A stretch of 64,000 nt of DNA from Felis catus. Taxonomy: Eukaryota. The translations under genes and the position numbers were made by a program. Below, piece by piece: positions 37,416 to 51,300 of the stretch. Numbering within the stretch: the first letter of the stretch is position 1; each line of letters opens with the position of its first letter. Below the pieces are notes generated by a model. It was not told the origin of the DNA, did not search any database, and saw nothing but the letters and a program-made list of their open reading frames with translations. The stretch lies in contig NC_058368.1 in NCBI RefSeq assembly GCF_018350175.1, forward strand, positions 32,242,001 through 32,306,000. The letters are read 5' to 3'.

Positions 37416-39406
37416 ACATCTATCCTTAACTCTTGTGAGATGTTCGGTTTAGTTACAATTGTTTTTGCTAGTGGAAATAGAAATGAGATCACCATTCAGA
37501 CATAAATGTGTATGTTGCCATTCTTGTGTAAATTGGTCAAGATCAGTATGAAAATAATAATTTTTAAAAAGTACCAAATAGAGCATATGTATCTAAATAG
37601 ACATGTCTTCTTTTTTGCCTTTCATTTCAAAATGAAATTTAGATTAAAAAAATGTATTTTCAGAAGCACAGCTTAAGTTATTTTTAAAAAGGATATAATG
37701 TGCATTTAAACTGGGTAAAAGAAAATTGAAGATCCTAACATCAAAGGCAATTATAAACCTTTATTGAGGTTTAATTATAAAAGAGATCCATGTTGGATGT
37801 GTTTATCAACTCATTAAATATGTTTTAATTCTGTACTTATAAATTTAAGGAATAGATTTCCTTTCTCATGTTGGGTACTTGGGGAAATAACAAAGTAATA
37901 AGATAGTGTTTGAAGGAAAGTTCATTTAAGAAATTAAATTATCCAGTACAATAAAGTTCACACTAAGTGACATTTAAGCAACACAACACAGTACTTAAGA
38001 CGGTGTGTAGTTACTGTAAATTAATTTCCACTCTGGTTATTTTGCTAATTTATCTTGTTTAGCAAAATAACAGCAATATACCAAAGAATTACTAAAACCT
38101 TTGTCATTGATTGATCGATTGACATTTTAGCTATGTTACAGTTTTTACATCAATATATACCTGTTACGTAAGTATTGCTGTTAGACATTGTATTCCCATG
38201 GGTACTTCAAACTAATTTGGTAAATAAATAGTAGCTTCAGTCTAAAAAGAGATTTATCATTTTGCTTAGGATATATGTATTTCCATTTATTCTGTTCTTT
38301 TTCTTTATCCCAGACAAATTGTTGCAGGAGAAATTCTTGGTTTTAAGTTTCTTGTTCCATAAATATGACTCGGGATATCAGCATTCAATAGTATCTTAAA
38401 TCTGTGCACTTTCTAAAACATTATAAACCTAGGAAACTAAATAAAGTGATATTAATTTTCTTAAAAAATTCTAGATCTTGGTGAGCATAATAAAAATCAC
38501 TTTTTTTTTTTTACTGATTTTGAACCAATTTTTCAACCTGAGTATATCAATCTTACTCCCTGTATATTTAGGTTTGATTTTCCCTATCATTCCCAATATC
38601 CATTTAAATAAACATTTGGAGAAATGCTTAAAAAATGATGATATTTCACATATAAGCAGGAGAAGTAGGAATAAGGTGCTGACGTATATTAGAGTATTCC
38701 ACTTTTCTCCAGGAAAATGTAGAAAAAGAGGAAAATAAAAGATAAAACTCAATCCACATCTTCAGCAAAATTAGGGTACTTGGACATTTAAAAACTCCAA
38801 ATTACTTGAAATTGCAGTCAAAGTAACTGATAGTAGCAAGACTTGTGGATAATAAGCCACAAAGGTATAAAGGGGTAGAGACAAACAAAAAGATCTAGGT
38901 TTATTAGTACTTGAAGTCAGTATCAAGCAAATGTCCATACCAAGAAGAGAGAACCCCATCCTGAGCGTGAATAGCACTGAGCAGAGCTGTGACTTAACAG
39001 GACATCATGGCCGGTAGAGATGGAAAATCAAGGTTTTGTAAGGGACCAACGGTGGTAGGATGGGACATTGAGGTAGATCTTAGTAATGGAGTAGTCATTT
39101 TGGAAGCCATAGGTAGAAATGGCCAATGAGTGAATAGGTAATTCAGTACTGAATCAGGAGTGTTCCTGAAATAAGTTAAGTTTTGACAGTAGAGGAGGTG
39201 TAGCTACACAGGGAAGCCATAGTTTCATGAAGCAATCCATGTCTGTAGGAAGCCCTTGATTAAACCGGTAAACATTCTTGTCATGGAATGATTCCTTCTG
39301 TCAATGGCATCTTGTGCTAGTAAGTGAAATAGCAAAATCCAACTTATTTAAATAACAGTAACAGCAAGATAAGCCCAATATATAACTTCAATTTAAAAAA
39401 AAATCA

Positions 39407-39615
39407 GGAATGCTTGAGTGGTTCCATAGATGAAGCAGCTGACTCTTGGTTTTGGCTCAGGTCATGATTTCCCATCTCCTGGATTCCAGCACTGCAATGG
39501 GCTCTGTGCTGATGTGTGGAACCTGCTTGGGATTCTCTCTTTCCCTCTTTCTCTGCCCCTCTCCTGCTTGTGCTCTCTCTCCCTCTCAAAATAAATAAAC
39601 TTAATTTTTTTTTAA
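39407..39615 (+). mobile_element. CanSINE (diverged)
   Basis: ggctcaggtcatgat core, CT tract, aaaataaataaac tail. Confidence 0.88.
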
Positions 39616-39863
39616 ATCGAGCAATGGCAACTCTGAAGGGTAACTACAAAGAATAAATAAAAGAATTCAATAATATTATATCTGGACAATAGGAGGTATT
39701 GATCAGACATCACTAGGAAAAGACATAGAAGAAAAAATACATATTTTTAATGAAAAGGCAAACTCTATCCTAATAAACATAAGATAAACAGATACCATAA
39801 AAATTTTAATACTGAGAGATTTGTCACTGGACAAAGTGAAACGAAAGTAAGAGATATGAAGGT

Positions 39864-40122
39864 ATCTGGAATAGACCTCTTTAGTCTCAGTACAGAGCAT
39901 TATTTTGATTTAATTTCTGATCCATACATCCTCAGGGCATTTGGAAGGCAAGAAAGGCAAAAGCACAAAACACTTTCATGTCTTTGAATCCAAATCACTA
40001 CAGTTTATTCCTCTTTTTCTTCTCCTCTGCCTTTCCCCACCCCGCCATATCTTACCACAAACGCCTTGGTTTTTATTTAAGAAATCTGAGAAAGCTGACT
40101 AGGTTTGCTCTCAAACTTGCAT
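39864..40122 (-). repeat. Right copy of a ~250 bp inverted duplication
   Basis: ORFs 19998..20180(-) and 39978..40292(+) share MSLNPNHYSLFLFFFSSAF...YHKRLGFYLRNL. Confidence 0.95.
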
Positions 40123-40154
40123 CAGAGAGAGCCCCAATTCTACTATATCTCTGC

Positions 40155-40342
40155 TCATTTATTTTGAGAGAGAGTATGATCAGGGGAGGGACAGAGAGAG
40201 AGGGAGAGAGAGAGGATCCCAAGCAAGCTTGTGCTGTCAGTGCAGAGCCCCATGAGGGTTGTAAACACACTACCCATGAGATCATGACCTGAGCTGAAAT
40301 CAAGAATTGGTCGCTTAACCAATTGGGCCACTCAGGTGCCCC
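40155..40342 (-). mobile_element. CanSINE
   Basis: GGGGCACCTGAGTGGC head at 40342, gagatcatgacctgagc core. Confidence 0.9.
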
Positions 40343-42629
40343 GAAAATATATTATTTCTAGACACACTACTTTTTTTCCCTAAATATACCTTCTGAATAT
40401 ATTTTATCTTAACACCCCTTCTGTTCTGTAATTAAATAAAATTTTCTCTTTGATTTGTTTCCGATAGTGGTACACCATTAGTATATCAGCACAGAGATGG
40501 TATACCAGTATAAGACATTATCAGATATGACACAGTGCTGATATTTTCTGGAAACAAAGAAAGGAAGCATTTCTGGATAGTTTGACTTTATTATGAGCAA
40601 GGGTAGGGACTTGCAAGGACAAAACAGTAACAGTGAAACTTATTCTACTTAATTCTCAAGGACTAATATCTTTTGCCAATCAGTCTAGAAGTAAAAAGTC
40701 AAACAAATTTTACAATATGAATTTAGCCTGGAAACTAAAGAGTAAAACAAACTTGACATTGAAAATGACCTGCATTGTGTTTAAACTTAGGACAGTGAAC
40801 CTTCTTAGGACAGTGAACCCCGTGACAAATAAGCAGACCTTAAGCACAAAATGATCTTATCTTTCAAATTATAATTTTTTTTCCTAATATTATCATTGAT
40901 TTGACATGCTCTTGGTGACAATATCTAATTTATTTTGAAACTCAAATGACATTAATGGAGAACATAAGAATTTGATGTTTACCAAAATGGATCATAGGTT
41001 AAAATAAAGTTGAGACACGCTTATTTGAACATACATTGGAACTTTAATTATAGAATGATTATCAAAACTTAAATGCATTAATATCTTTCTCAGTTAGCTG
41101 GCTTACTGAGAAAGACACATATGTGCTGTGCAATTGATTAGTTTATGGTGTTGAATGTATATAAATGCAAAAACAGAGGGGGAGGAGTACTGGGGTATTA
41201 TCCCAAATTCTCAATGTATCATTGTGTTTTCTCATATTTATCTTTTTCAAAAAGAAGATGTTAATATTTTTTGCCTTTTCCCTCATTTACAAAAGACACT
41301 ATATAAGTAATCTGTCTTTCAAAATTCCAGGATTTTGTTTGACTTCCAGAATTTCCAGTATAGTGGTTGGTTGATTCAATAATCACATTAGTGGAATGTT
41401 AAATTATAAACCAAATGTACACATTTACTTACATTTTCAAATGGAGGATATTTTACAGGTATAAATGTTTTATTCTAAGGAATTTTTACATCAGGGTTTA
41501 AACAAGAACATGGGTTCATGCTGTGAAAAAAATAGCCATAAGAAGATACAAGACAATTCAACAACTATCAATCATTTATTCCTGTCAGCAAGATAAATGG
41601 CAACTGTGAACAATGAAGAGGTGAAATAGGGCAGAAGTTTCTTTCTCCCTAACCAGGCTACCATGCACTTCCAGCTGATTCATCCAGTGGTGACATGTTC
41701 CTTCAGTTAGAGAAAGTCTCCCCATCTGTGCAAAGGGTTGGAGCTGCTCATAGCAGGTGACAGTTCCCAAACCAGTCCATTTCACTAGGAGAGATTCAGA
41801 GACCTAAATCTTCAACACTAGCAGGAAGCCTGAGTATTTTGAGTGAACTTCACTTTTTTTTTTTTTTTTTGATTCATAGTTGCTTTGGCCCTTTCTAATT
41901 GGTTATACCCAAAATTGTATACCACACTACATCATTCATTTTATAAGTTGTTAACTACTTTCACTATTTTTATTAATGGATTTCTGGTCTTTCCAGTACT
42001 TTCTAAAATGTTTATAATTTCAGAGTATAGAAGGTAATTATGCTTTGGGCCACCTGCTCATGTTTGCACCAAAAATTCTTATAAGTGGCTCTTTTTATCC
42101 ATCTAGGTGTCGACTGATCTTTTTAGTAGTACCATCTTCACTTCAAGCCCTCCACCAATTTCACTGTAGTAAATCAAATAAGAGGCAGCTGGAAGGTCTT
42201 GCATACAGGGTTGTTTGAAGTGGCCCTGAACCTACACACATCACTTTGATCAATGCCCTTGGGCCAAACTAGGTGCAGATCCTTGCCTCAATGTAACAGG
42301 GCTAAGAAATTCAGTTTTCTCTGACTGGAAGGGAAGCAAAAGTAGATCACATACAATGATATTTGCAATCATGGCTTCCTGATACAAATTTCAAAATCTT
42401 AAGATACAAGGATATTTGCATTACAAAATTTTATGATTACAAAGGGAAGCCATTTAAAATTACATTTGGGCATGGTAGGCAATGCTATTATTGATTATAC
42501 TGATCTTATCTAAGCACATTACATAAAACTTGTAATCAAACATATTAAACCATATTGATGAACATAAAAATAATTTAAGCATATTATATCATGTATTATA
42601 TACTTAATTTTAGTATACTTAATTATAAA

Positions 42630-42745
42630 GAGGGCACTTGTGATGGCACGGGGTGTTGTATGTAAGTGATAAATCACTGAATTCTATTCCAGAAACAAAT
42701 ATTGCACTGTATGTTAATTAAAATTTAAAAATTGTTTAAAAAAGC
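42630..42745 (+). mobile_element. Short carnivore L1 3' end
   Basis: gagggcacttgtgatg...ggtgttgtatgtaagtgataaatcactgaattcta...ctgtatgttaa followed by an A-rich tail. Confidence 0.8.
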
Positions 42746-43739
42746 AAACCTAAAATCGAACAGAAACAGATTAAAGTACCTATCAAATATACAACATAAC
42801 TTTCAGGAATAATGATTATTCCAGGTTGCTTTTGAATACTTTGAATAAATATTTTAAATTACGTTGACTATATACCCTTAGTAGGGTATATGCTGAGGAC
42901 AAAAGATCTACAAGTAATCTTAAACTTCACTACACACTGTACTTAATGTTAGTTTTAATAGTGTTATTATATTTTGAAATTACGTATTGTAGGATAAAGC
43001 AAGTAAATGTCTTTATGTGTTATCAGATGAAGGTTTTTAATGTGCATGAAAAGAAATAGAAACAGAATAAGAAAAATTCCTACAATATTAAACTTGAATT
43101 AGAGATGTCAAAAAATCATAATTATTTAAATCCATGTTTTAAAAAGTGTCCATATAGAGATTACAAAATGTGAATAAATGAGTTTGATTGTTAACAAAAA
43201 TATTCTGACACAAACTATGGTGAGTAAAAGAAATACTGATTTCTGGTTCATTGAATAATTAGTAAAACTAATATTTACTTTTTTTCATTTCACAAAGTAA
43301 GGTATGTACAGCAAATCTCTGAATGTTCAGATATTTAATAGAAAATGAGGGAAGAATACAGTATAGGTCAGTTTCTACAATGACATTGATATGATCAATT
43401 GAAGATACAGCATTAAGCTACATACTTGTGGTTCTCCACAAATTTGATATGAAAAGACCAGAATTCCTCCCTGGAGAAGAAATTTCAGGACGATATGTAG
43501 AAAATCGTCAAAGAAAACCCACCACATAAGGAAACAAGTTAGCAGAGAATGACCTCCAACAATGTGGATTTTAGCATTAACAAAGACAGTTTATTTTAAG
43601 GAGTGTTTGAAAAAAATGAAGCACTGTTGACGAAATCTGCTTGAAAATGAATGATTTTTCACACATCAACCTACAGTAAATAATATGTATTATAAAACAG
43701 TGAAATTTCTTTGAATCAGGAACTGGAAAAACATCAGTG

Positions 43740-45620
43740 ATTATCATTTCTTTTCAATTTTCATTTTCATTTTTCTTGTACTAATTATCTCAGCCAGTGA
43801 GGATAAACAATATAAAATAAATTGTAAACATTTAAAACTGTATTCACAAATAATGTAATTTATACCCAACAAAAAATCCAACAATTAGCTAGAAAAGTTT
43901 TACCAGAATTAATGAGACAAGGAAGTAGCTGGAAGATACAAATACATTGTAAAAAAATTGTTATATTTTTATCTGCAAGGAGCAAAAATTAGCAAGTAGA
44001 ATTTTTAAATGCTATTGATAAAATATGAAGTATCAAAATGAGAGCTATATCATGTTTACAGATTAAAAGAAAAGAGTCAATAATATAAAGGTGACATTAC
44101 TTCCCTAAATTAAGTCCATATGTTCAAATATATTCTAAAATACTCATGATATTTTTTTTAACAGGACATAACTAGCTAATTCTAAATATATTTGGAACTG
44201 GTAAAGACTAATAATAGGCAATATGTTCTTAGAGGGAAAATGAATGCATTTGAAAGATTTTTCTCCACCAGGTATCAAGACCTAGAAAACTGGTGTTTAA
44301 GAAAATCAGATGCTGGTATCAGGCTAGAGAAGGACTGATGGGACAAAGTGAAGAGCCTACAAACAGATCTATGCATTTCTAGAGACAAATTTTGAATGAG
44401 GCAGTTTGCAGATTAGAAGGCAAAGGACAGACTTTGCAATAAACCCTGCTAGGATATTTGGGTAGTAAAGAAATTTTACAAAGTGGGAATTCTACTTCAC
44501 CATATGTGAAATCCAATTCAAAAAGGAATAAACACCTATATACAAAAGGAAATCTATCAATATTTTAGAAGAGAGAAAAGCATACTATCACAGTAAAAAT
44601 TATGTTAAAACAGAATACTGAAATTATAAACACTAAGAAAGTTAACACTTTTGACTGCCTTAAAATTAAGAATTTTTGTTTACCAAAATTAACATTGAAA
44701 AAATGAGAGAAAAATATTTTCAATTCTTAAGATCAAAAAAAGACAAGTATCAAGAGTATATTAAGAATTTCTACAAATTAATAAGAATAAAACAAACAAA
44801 CCAAGAAAGATATCAGTAAAATATTTTTATACTTCAAAATGGAAAATATAAATAGACAATATGTTAAAAGGTACTTCGTATTATTAAACATACAATGGAA
44901 ATTTCAACCATGAAGAGATTTTCTTAGATTCACATCAGTATGGCAGATACATGAAAACTGGATAATATTAAATACTAGAGATCATGTGGAACACAGGTAA
45001 AATTCATACATTTTTAGGAGTGTAAATGCCACAAATGATGTGGAAAACAAGTTGTCCTTACCTAGAAAAGTTGAAATATCTTCCAGCACTTAGAAACTCA
45101 TGTACAAGAACACCGGAATCCATGCACAATAATAATTACACAAACCTTGCATGAGAAATCCCAGACTGGAAACAAACTAGATGCTCATCAAGTATAAACT
45201 ACAAAATAAACTAATAACTTGAGATATATTCTGTAAAGGGTTAGTACAGAAAAACACTAAGCACAGAAATAGGATCATATACAACAATGTGATTTGATCT
45301 CACAAACTAATGAGTGAAAGAAGCAAATTTAAGAGAATACTTACGCTACAATTCCAGTCATCAAAAACTCAAAGGACAGGAAAAATAAAACTGTATTATT
45401 TAGGAATGTATACACATGTAATAGAATGGAAAAACAAAGCATGAGTAAAACAAAAGTCAAAAATAGTCCTTGCCTCTAGAGAGAAAATAGAGTGATTATT
45501 GAGGGACATTTAAGAGGCTTCTGTATATATACACAATGTTCGTCTGCTAGATTTGAGTATAGTAAATGCCTTATCTATTAAATGGTACATATGTGGTTTA
45601 TGTGCCTTTTTAGCCTACAG
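43740..45620 (+). mobile_element. Ancient L1 (L1M-type) ORF2/3' UTR relic
   Basis: A-rich, with collinear degenerate L1 motifs (gctaattctaaatatatttggaa, ctcacaaactaatgagtgaaagaagc). Confidence 0.7.
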
Positions 45621-48600
45621 ATTATTTCATAATAGAGAATAAACCACATCCTTGAAAAGATTGTTGTGATGCTGAGAATCAGATGTGCTAACACCCATGA
45701 CAATTCCCTTACTTTAGTGATTGAAGTATTTTAAGAAAAAAACCCCAAAACTATAAAATTTTTGTTATTCTCAGTAATAGAAGTGAGGTCTATAGTTGAT
45801 TACACTTTGAGAAATTGAGTTGTTAAAGCATCCACACATACAGAAGATAAAATGTGAATCAGAAGTTTTAGACTATATTTTAAAAGCATTTAAGTCATCT
45901 CTTTACCTATGCTTTCAACAATTATTATTATCTCCTAAGTGCGAGGCATCTTTCTTAGTGAGGTATGGACAGGTAGACAGCAGTGCCTGTGTTCAATCAG
46001 GATCTCAGTTCTTAGGGAGCTTATATTCCACTGCAGGAAATGTGATTTTAAATAAGTAAATCAACATTTAGAAAAGATAATTTGATGAGTACTATGGAAG
46101 AACTAAAACTGAAATATGAGATAAAAAGTAACTGAAGCACTGTTATAAGTCAAATGTAGGGAACAGCCTAACAGATACATGGGGAAGTGATGATATTTAA
46201 ACAGATTCTGAATGTGGAAGTTATTTTAACAGCATTAACATAGGATTAGCTCCACCAGATGTCAAAATCTTTTATAAATTATAATATTTAATATAATACT
46301 GGTCCAAGGCTAGATAGAGAGATCAATGAAAAAGAGTAGAGAACTTAGAAACAGTCACTTACTTAATAAATGTATGAGTTTTTTAACAGATTGTAATAGG
46401 AATGATAAAATGTCCAATAAATGATACCAACATATTTGGATAATAAATACATACAAATACAATTGGGTCCTCTTTTCATAAAATATACCAAATTTAATTT
46501 ACCTGCTTGTAAATTTGCTCTTCAAGGGCATATATCTTTCTCTGTCCACTGACAGACTTTAAGTGCCCCAAACAGTACCAGCCTTATGTTAGGCACTCAA
46601 TAAATGTTTGTAAAGCAAATGAGAGTAACTAGAAAACATACATTTGAAATAGTATCCCTTTAATTCAACAATCACATTTCTAAAAGTTTGTTTCAGAAAT
46701 AAACTTGCCTCAGAGGGATTCAATATAGCTACAAAATAAATGCTTATAATGCTAAAATTATAAACACCATATTTGTTCATCATCGGATAGTTTAATTAAT
46801 TCTGAAAAATATATATTATAAAATATTCTTCAACTATTAAAAGCCACTTAAATCTGCATTAATTTATCTGAAAAACTATCTATGATATACTATTAAAATA
46901 AAAGTCTAATTTTGTAACATTATATTTTCTAAGTACACTTATTAAAAACCATGTTTTCTTTCATTCTCTTTTAGTGATCATACATTAATGCACATGAAAG
47001 CATCTGAAAAAATACACTAAATATTCATATTGATTACCATGATTGTCACCATGGAGTGGGGTTTCTAAATGCTTAAATTTACTAATTGGTCAGATTATTA
47101 TATATAGTTGGAATACTTTAAAAACTAAGTATTAGTTTTATACATATGGTACTAGAGATATTTTAAAAGTCAGTAACGTATACGGTTTTTTAGAAAAAAT
47201 AGATTAAGTAATGGAAGTGAATTTCTCACATGGGATTTGATATTCTCATGGTATTAAAAAACAAATACATAATTCTTATTAGAATGTCTATATTTTCTTA
47301 TTTTGTTTTAATTCCTTTTCTCTTTGATCAAATTAAATATAATCTTCAGATTATGAGTCAGAGGGATTTGAAACAAATATATTTATTTTTGTAAAAATTT
47401 TTCAGAAAACTTACAATAAACTCTTATAGAATTTCTTTAGTATAGCAGTGCATTTAACTGTAGCACTTGTTATAAGAAAACAAGTTGTTATAAGAAATAA
47501 TATAGTGGGTTCTTAGTATAGTTTTGGAGCTAAAAATATTCAATAGAAGTTTTACTTTTCAAGCACAGATTATTCATAATCTTGAAGTATTTTTACTTTT
47601 AAAATATTGTCTTGGGTCATTCTATATGAGAATAGCTCTGCTTGAGCTTGTAGGCGTGTACATAAATAGCATTAATTTGTCTTTATTGGAGGTCTTTTTC
47701 ATCTAAGATAAATTTAATCATACCTTGGGTGACTGTTCATTTGGAGGTGGAAATAAGGAAGAAGAAAGTCCACTAGGTAGTGTTGTTTTTGTAAGTATTG
47801 CAAAATATGTGATTGTTTGTAAGTGGTCAGAGTTATAGTTCTAACAACAGGAAGTTTAATGTAATGAGTAGAAAGTTCCTTTAGACTTCCGTCTTCTCTT
47901 CCTTTGTCCCTTCCCCATCTGCTGTTCTGTTCCTTTGCTTTCTTTCTGCCTTTCTTCAATCTGGAATATAACTATTATATACATTAAATAAATGTAAGCA
48001 CTATAATCATTTTAGCACCTACATATCAATGCTTAAGCCATTCTTGTGAAAATTAATTGTAGATGGGAGTTTATTATTGGGAACCCAAATGCACTTATGC
48101 AAGTACAGCTGAATTTCATACCACATCTTAATATATGTATAGTGTCAGGAAATGTACTTCAGCCATAGTCATTGTATATTTTATTGTAGATAAGAAGGTA
48201 ATACTTTCCTGCATGGTGTCATATCAATAGCTCCTGAAAAACTAATAAACAAACCTAGTTTCATCTGTGTGCCCTTGAGTATTGTTGAATTGGAAAGATC
48301 ACATGATTTACTGAAAGATACGCTAGGATGTTCTTGATTATTTCTGACAGTTGGTGTTGAGACTTTACACAACCAACTTTGATTTTATTGCTCTCGTCAG
48401 TTTCTGACTAATGGTCAAGGTAATCCTACCATTTCCCTCAGCTTGAAAGACTTTAGGTACGGTTCTTCATCTGTGTCCTGTCTTTCTTTTCCTTAGAGTA
48501 CTTACTTTAGACTAATGCCAATGTAAATTCTTTCTCTGCCACTTTGAAAGATATGCACATCTTTTAAAAAGCTTCTTGCCAGTCTTATAACCCCAGCATG

Positions 48601-49915
48601 CTTTCTCAATGACCTGGGAGCCCTCCCTCTGAAACATAACCATCAAAGAAGATAATGCTGTATCTCTCAGTGTGTGTAGGAGGGTAGGAACCTAAATTCA
48701 GTGGGTGCTTTGCTCTAAGTTGTAAAACTACCCCTGTCATGAATGTAAGAGAAAGTTTATTTTTCCTCTGAGTAAAGCCAGTTAGCAAACAAATGGTCTA
48801 CTACCCCTGCCCCAGCTCTTCAAATCTCTCCCTTCCTTTGTTTCAGCAGAGGTGAGTTTGGAATCAGTTCTGGTCTCATTTCCTCTATTCCCCTTTGACT
48901 CTTTCACTCTGGTGCAACTTTCACTTGATACTAACTTACCAAAACGTATATTATATATTTTAAACAGGAGATGAGAGAAATGCAAATTATATAATAATAA
49001 AATATAGTATTGCTAAATGCAATTACAAAAACAGCTTCATTTTGGGTTGACCCCGGAGGCACAGGTGGGATGGAGAGGGAATGTGTACCTTCTTTTGAGG
49101 ATGAGGAGGTGTTAGAATCTTCATAAAACCAACAGGATGATGAAGCATTTTCGTTTTTGGTTTTATTTCCAGAGATATTTTTATATTTCATGTAACATTA
49201 ATTCATATGTTAAGAGATACATTTTCTAAATCCCCGAGAGCAAGAGCAATAATACTTCGTACTGAAGAGTCATCTGTCAGGAGTGCTGGGGGTGAAAGAG
49301 GTAAGATTCATGTCTGTGTCACAGAGCTATTGAGGGCCAACTTTTGCCAAATGGAAGACTTGAGTAAAAAGATGGAACTGGGTAGCATCACAGGCAAACT
49401 GTTCTTTCTGTACGTTCAAAAATGCCTCCTTTGTGTGGATCAGGCATTTCAAACATAAATTCAAAAAATATATAAAAATACATAACCTTACAAATATTAC
49501 ATAATTATTCACTGTAAATACCCCATCTAACCTCTATGGGGAGGGGGGAAGGGATGAGGAGGATGTGGCTTAATAAAATGTAATATAAAATTTCCAAAAG
49601 ATTCTAAAAAAGTGAATTTTAAATTAAATTAAGAAAAAATATTTATAAAGGCAGAAATAATACATGGCAATTAAAATTAATTTAATGACAATAATTAAAA
49701 TTTTTGACAAAAATAGAGCATAAAATGATATAATAAAGTGTAAATATATCAATAAAATAACAAATGTAAATCAAATAAGTTAACAAGTAAAATAATAGAA
49801 GTTGACTGTCAAATTTGATTTTTTTAAAAATCTAGTAATATACTAAAAATAAGAGATAAACCAAAAGTGTAAATATGGTCACAAAAGTTGAAAATTAATG
49901 GATAAATAAGTTATG

Positions 49916-49916
<1 letters not shown>

Positions 49917-49956
<40 letters not shown>
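49917..49956. repeat. (CA)n microsatellite
   Basis: Seen directly. Confidence 0.95.
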
Positions 49957-49959
<3 letters not shown>

Positions 49960-50269
49960 GAACATAATAGCAAACCATGTTTTTGCTTTGAATCAAACAG
50001 TATAAAAATCTGCACATGAACCCACATGTACACAAGCAAAATCTGTCATCTGTTCACAAAAAAATTTAGGTAAGTTTTCTTTCCCTTTTCATTTTTGGGA
50101 TTTATTGATATAAAAACTAAAAGGATACAATTCCACAAATTCTCACAAATTTAGCTGTTTGTAATCACCAAAATCAAGATAAAAGTTGTTTACATCACCA
50201 AAGAATTTACTCATGCCCTTTGCAATCATTCTGACATTTCTATGCCCTACCTGTTACAATCTCATATTG

Positions 50270-51300
50270 TGATTGTAGAAATTGTCTTTTTCTCCTTTTA
50301 AATCTGTTGACATTTTCTTTATATATTTTGAGGTTCTATTGTTAGATGCATCCATCTATATAAGTTACTGTGGCCTCCTGATGAAATTTCCCTTTTATCA
50401 TTATAAAATATTCATAGTTATTTCTGATATTGCCTGAAAGTCTATTTTATAAAATATTACTAACACCCCATTTTTTGCTTAAATTATTATACTACACTTC
50501 CCCCCCCCCCCCTTACTTACATTCAACACTTTGTATCATTAAATTTAAAGGATGTATCTATTAGGCAGTATATACAAGACTAGCATTTTTTTTTTGTTGT
50601 TTTAAATTTTTTTTTTCAACGTTTATTTATTTTTGGGACAGAGAGAGACAGAGCATGAACAGGGGAGGGGCAGAGAGAGAGGGAGACACAGAATCAGAAA
50701 CAGGCTCCAGGCTCTGAGCCATCAGCCCAGAGCCTGACGCGGGGCTCGCACTCACGGACCGCGAGATCGTGACCTGGCTGAAGTCGGACGCTTAACCGAC
50801 TGCGCCACCCAGGCGCCCCAAGACTAGCATTTTAACTACTATGTCACTTTTTTATTTAAATAAGAGTGTTTTAGAGCATCAATCTGTAATGTGACAATTT
50901 TCATTGTTGGATTTATCATTGCTATTTTATTATAGACTATTATATACTATTTTTTTATTTTGGTTATTTTTTTCCTCTGTTTCCCCTTTTCCTTTTTTTT
51001 TTTTTCTTTTTGACCTTCTGATTATTTGGCTATATTTTAGTGTTTCATTTTAATATATCTATTTGGCTTTTTGACTATAGTGCTTGTATAATATTTTTAG
51101 TGGTTATTCTAAAATTTACATCATGCATATGTAACATTTCACAGACTACTTAGAGTGAACATTGTGCAATTTTATGTAAAGTGGAGAAATCTTGCAAAGT
51201 CCTTGCAATGATAAGGACAGGTCCTTAACCCTGTCCATCCCTGACACTTATGCTGTAGTTGTTATATATATTAGCCTCCATATATAGACAACCCACCAGG
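50270..51300 (-). mobile_element. Old L1 fragment hosting the SINE at 50590
   Basis: tatattttgaggttctattgttagatgcat...ccttttatcattataaaat...tgaaagtctatttt resembles the L1 endonuclease region in antisense. Confidence 0.65.
50590..50819 (-). mobile_element. Young CanSINE (SINEC_Fc-type)
   Basis: CpG-intact body; perfect TSD aagactagcatttt. Confidence 0.96.

Noticed and set aside
20042..40122. Large DNA transposon or Polinton/Maverick with 250 bp terminal inverted repeats
   Set aside because: No TSD and no polymerase, integrase or transposase ORFs; the interior consists of ancient host repeats that look much older than the ~5% divergence of the arms.
40786..40820. 18-bp tandem duplication cttaggacagtgaacc
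   Set aside because: Ordinary slippage duplication with no further structure.
48931..49458. ORFs 48931-49191(-) and 49207-49458(+) as possible exons
   Set aside because: No recognisable protein similarity and no consistent splice-site pair.
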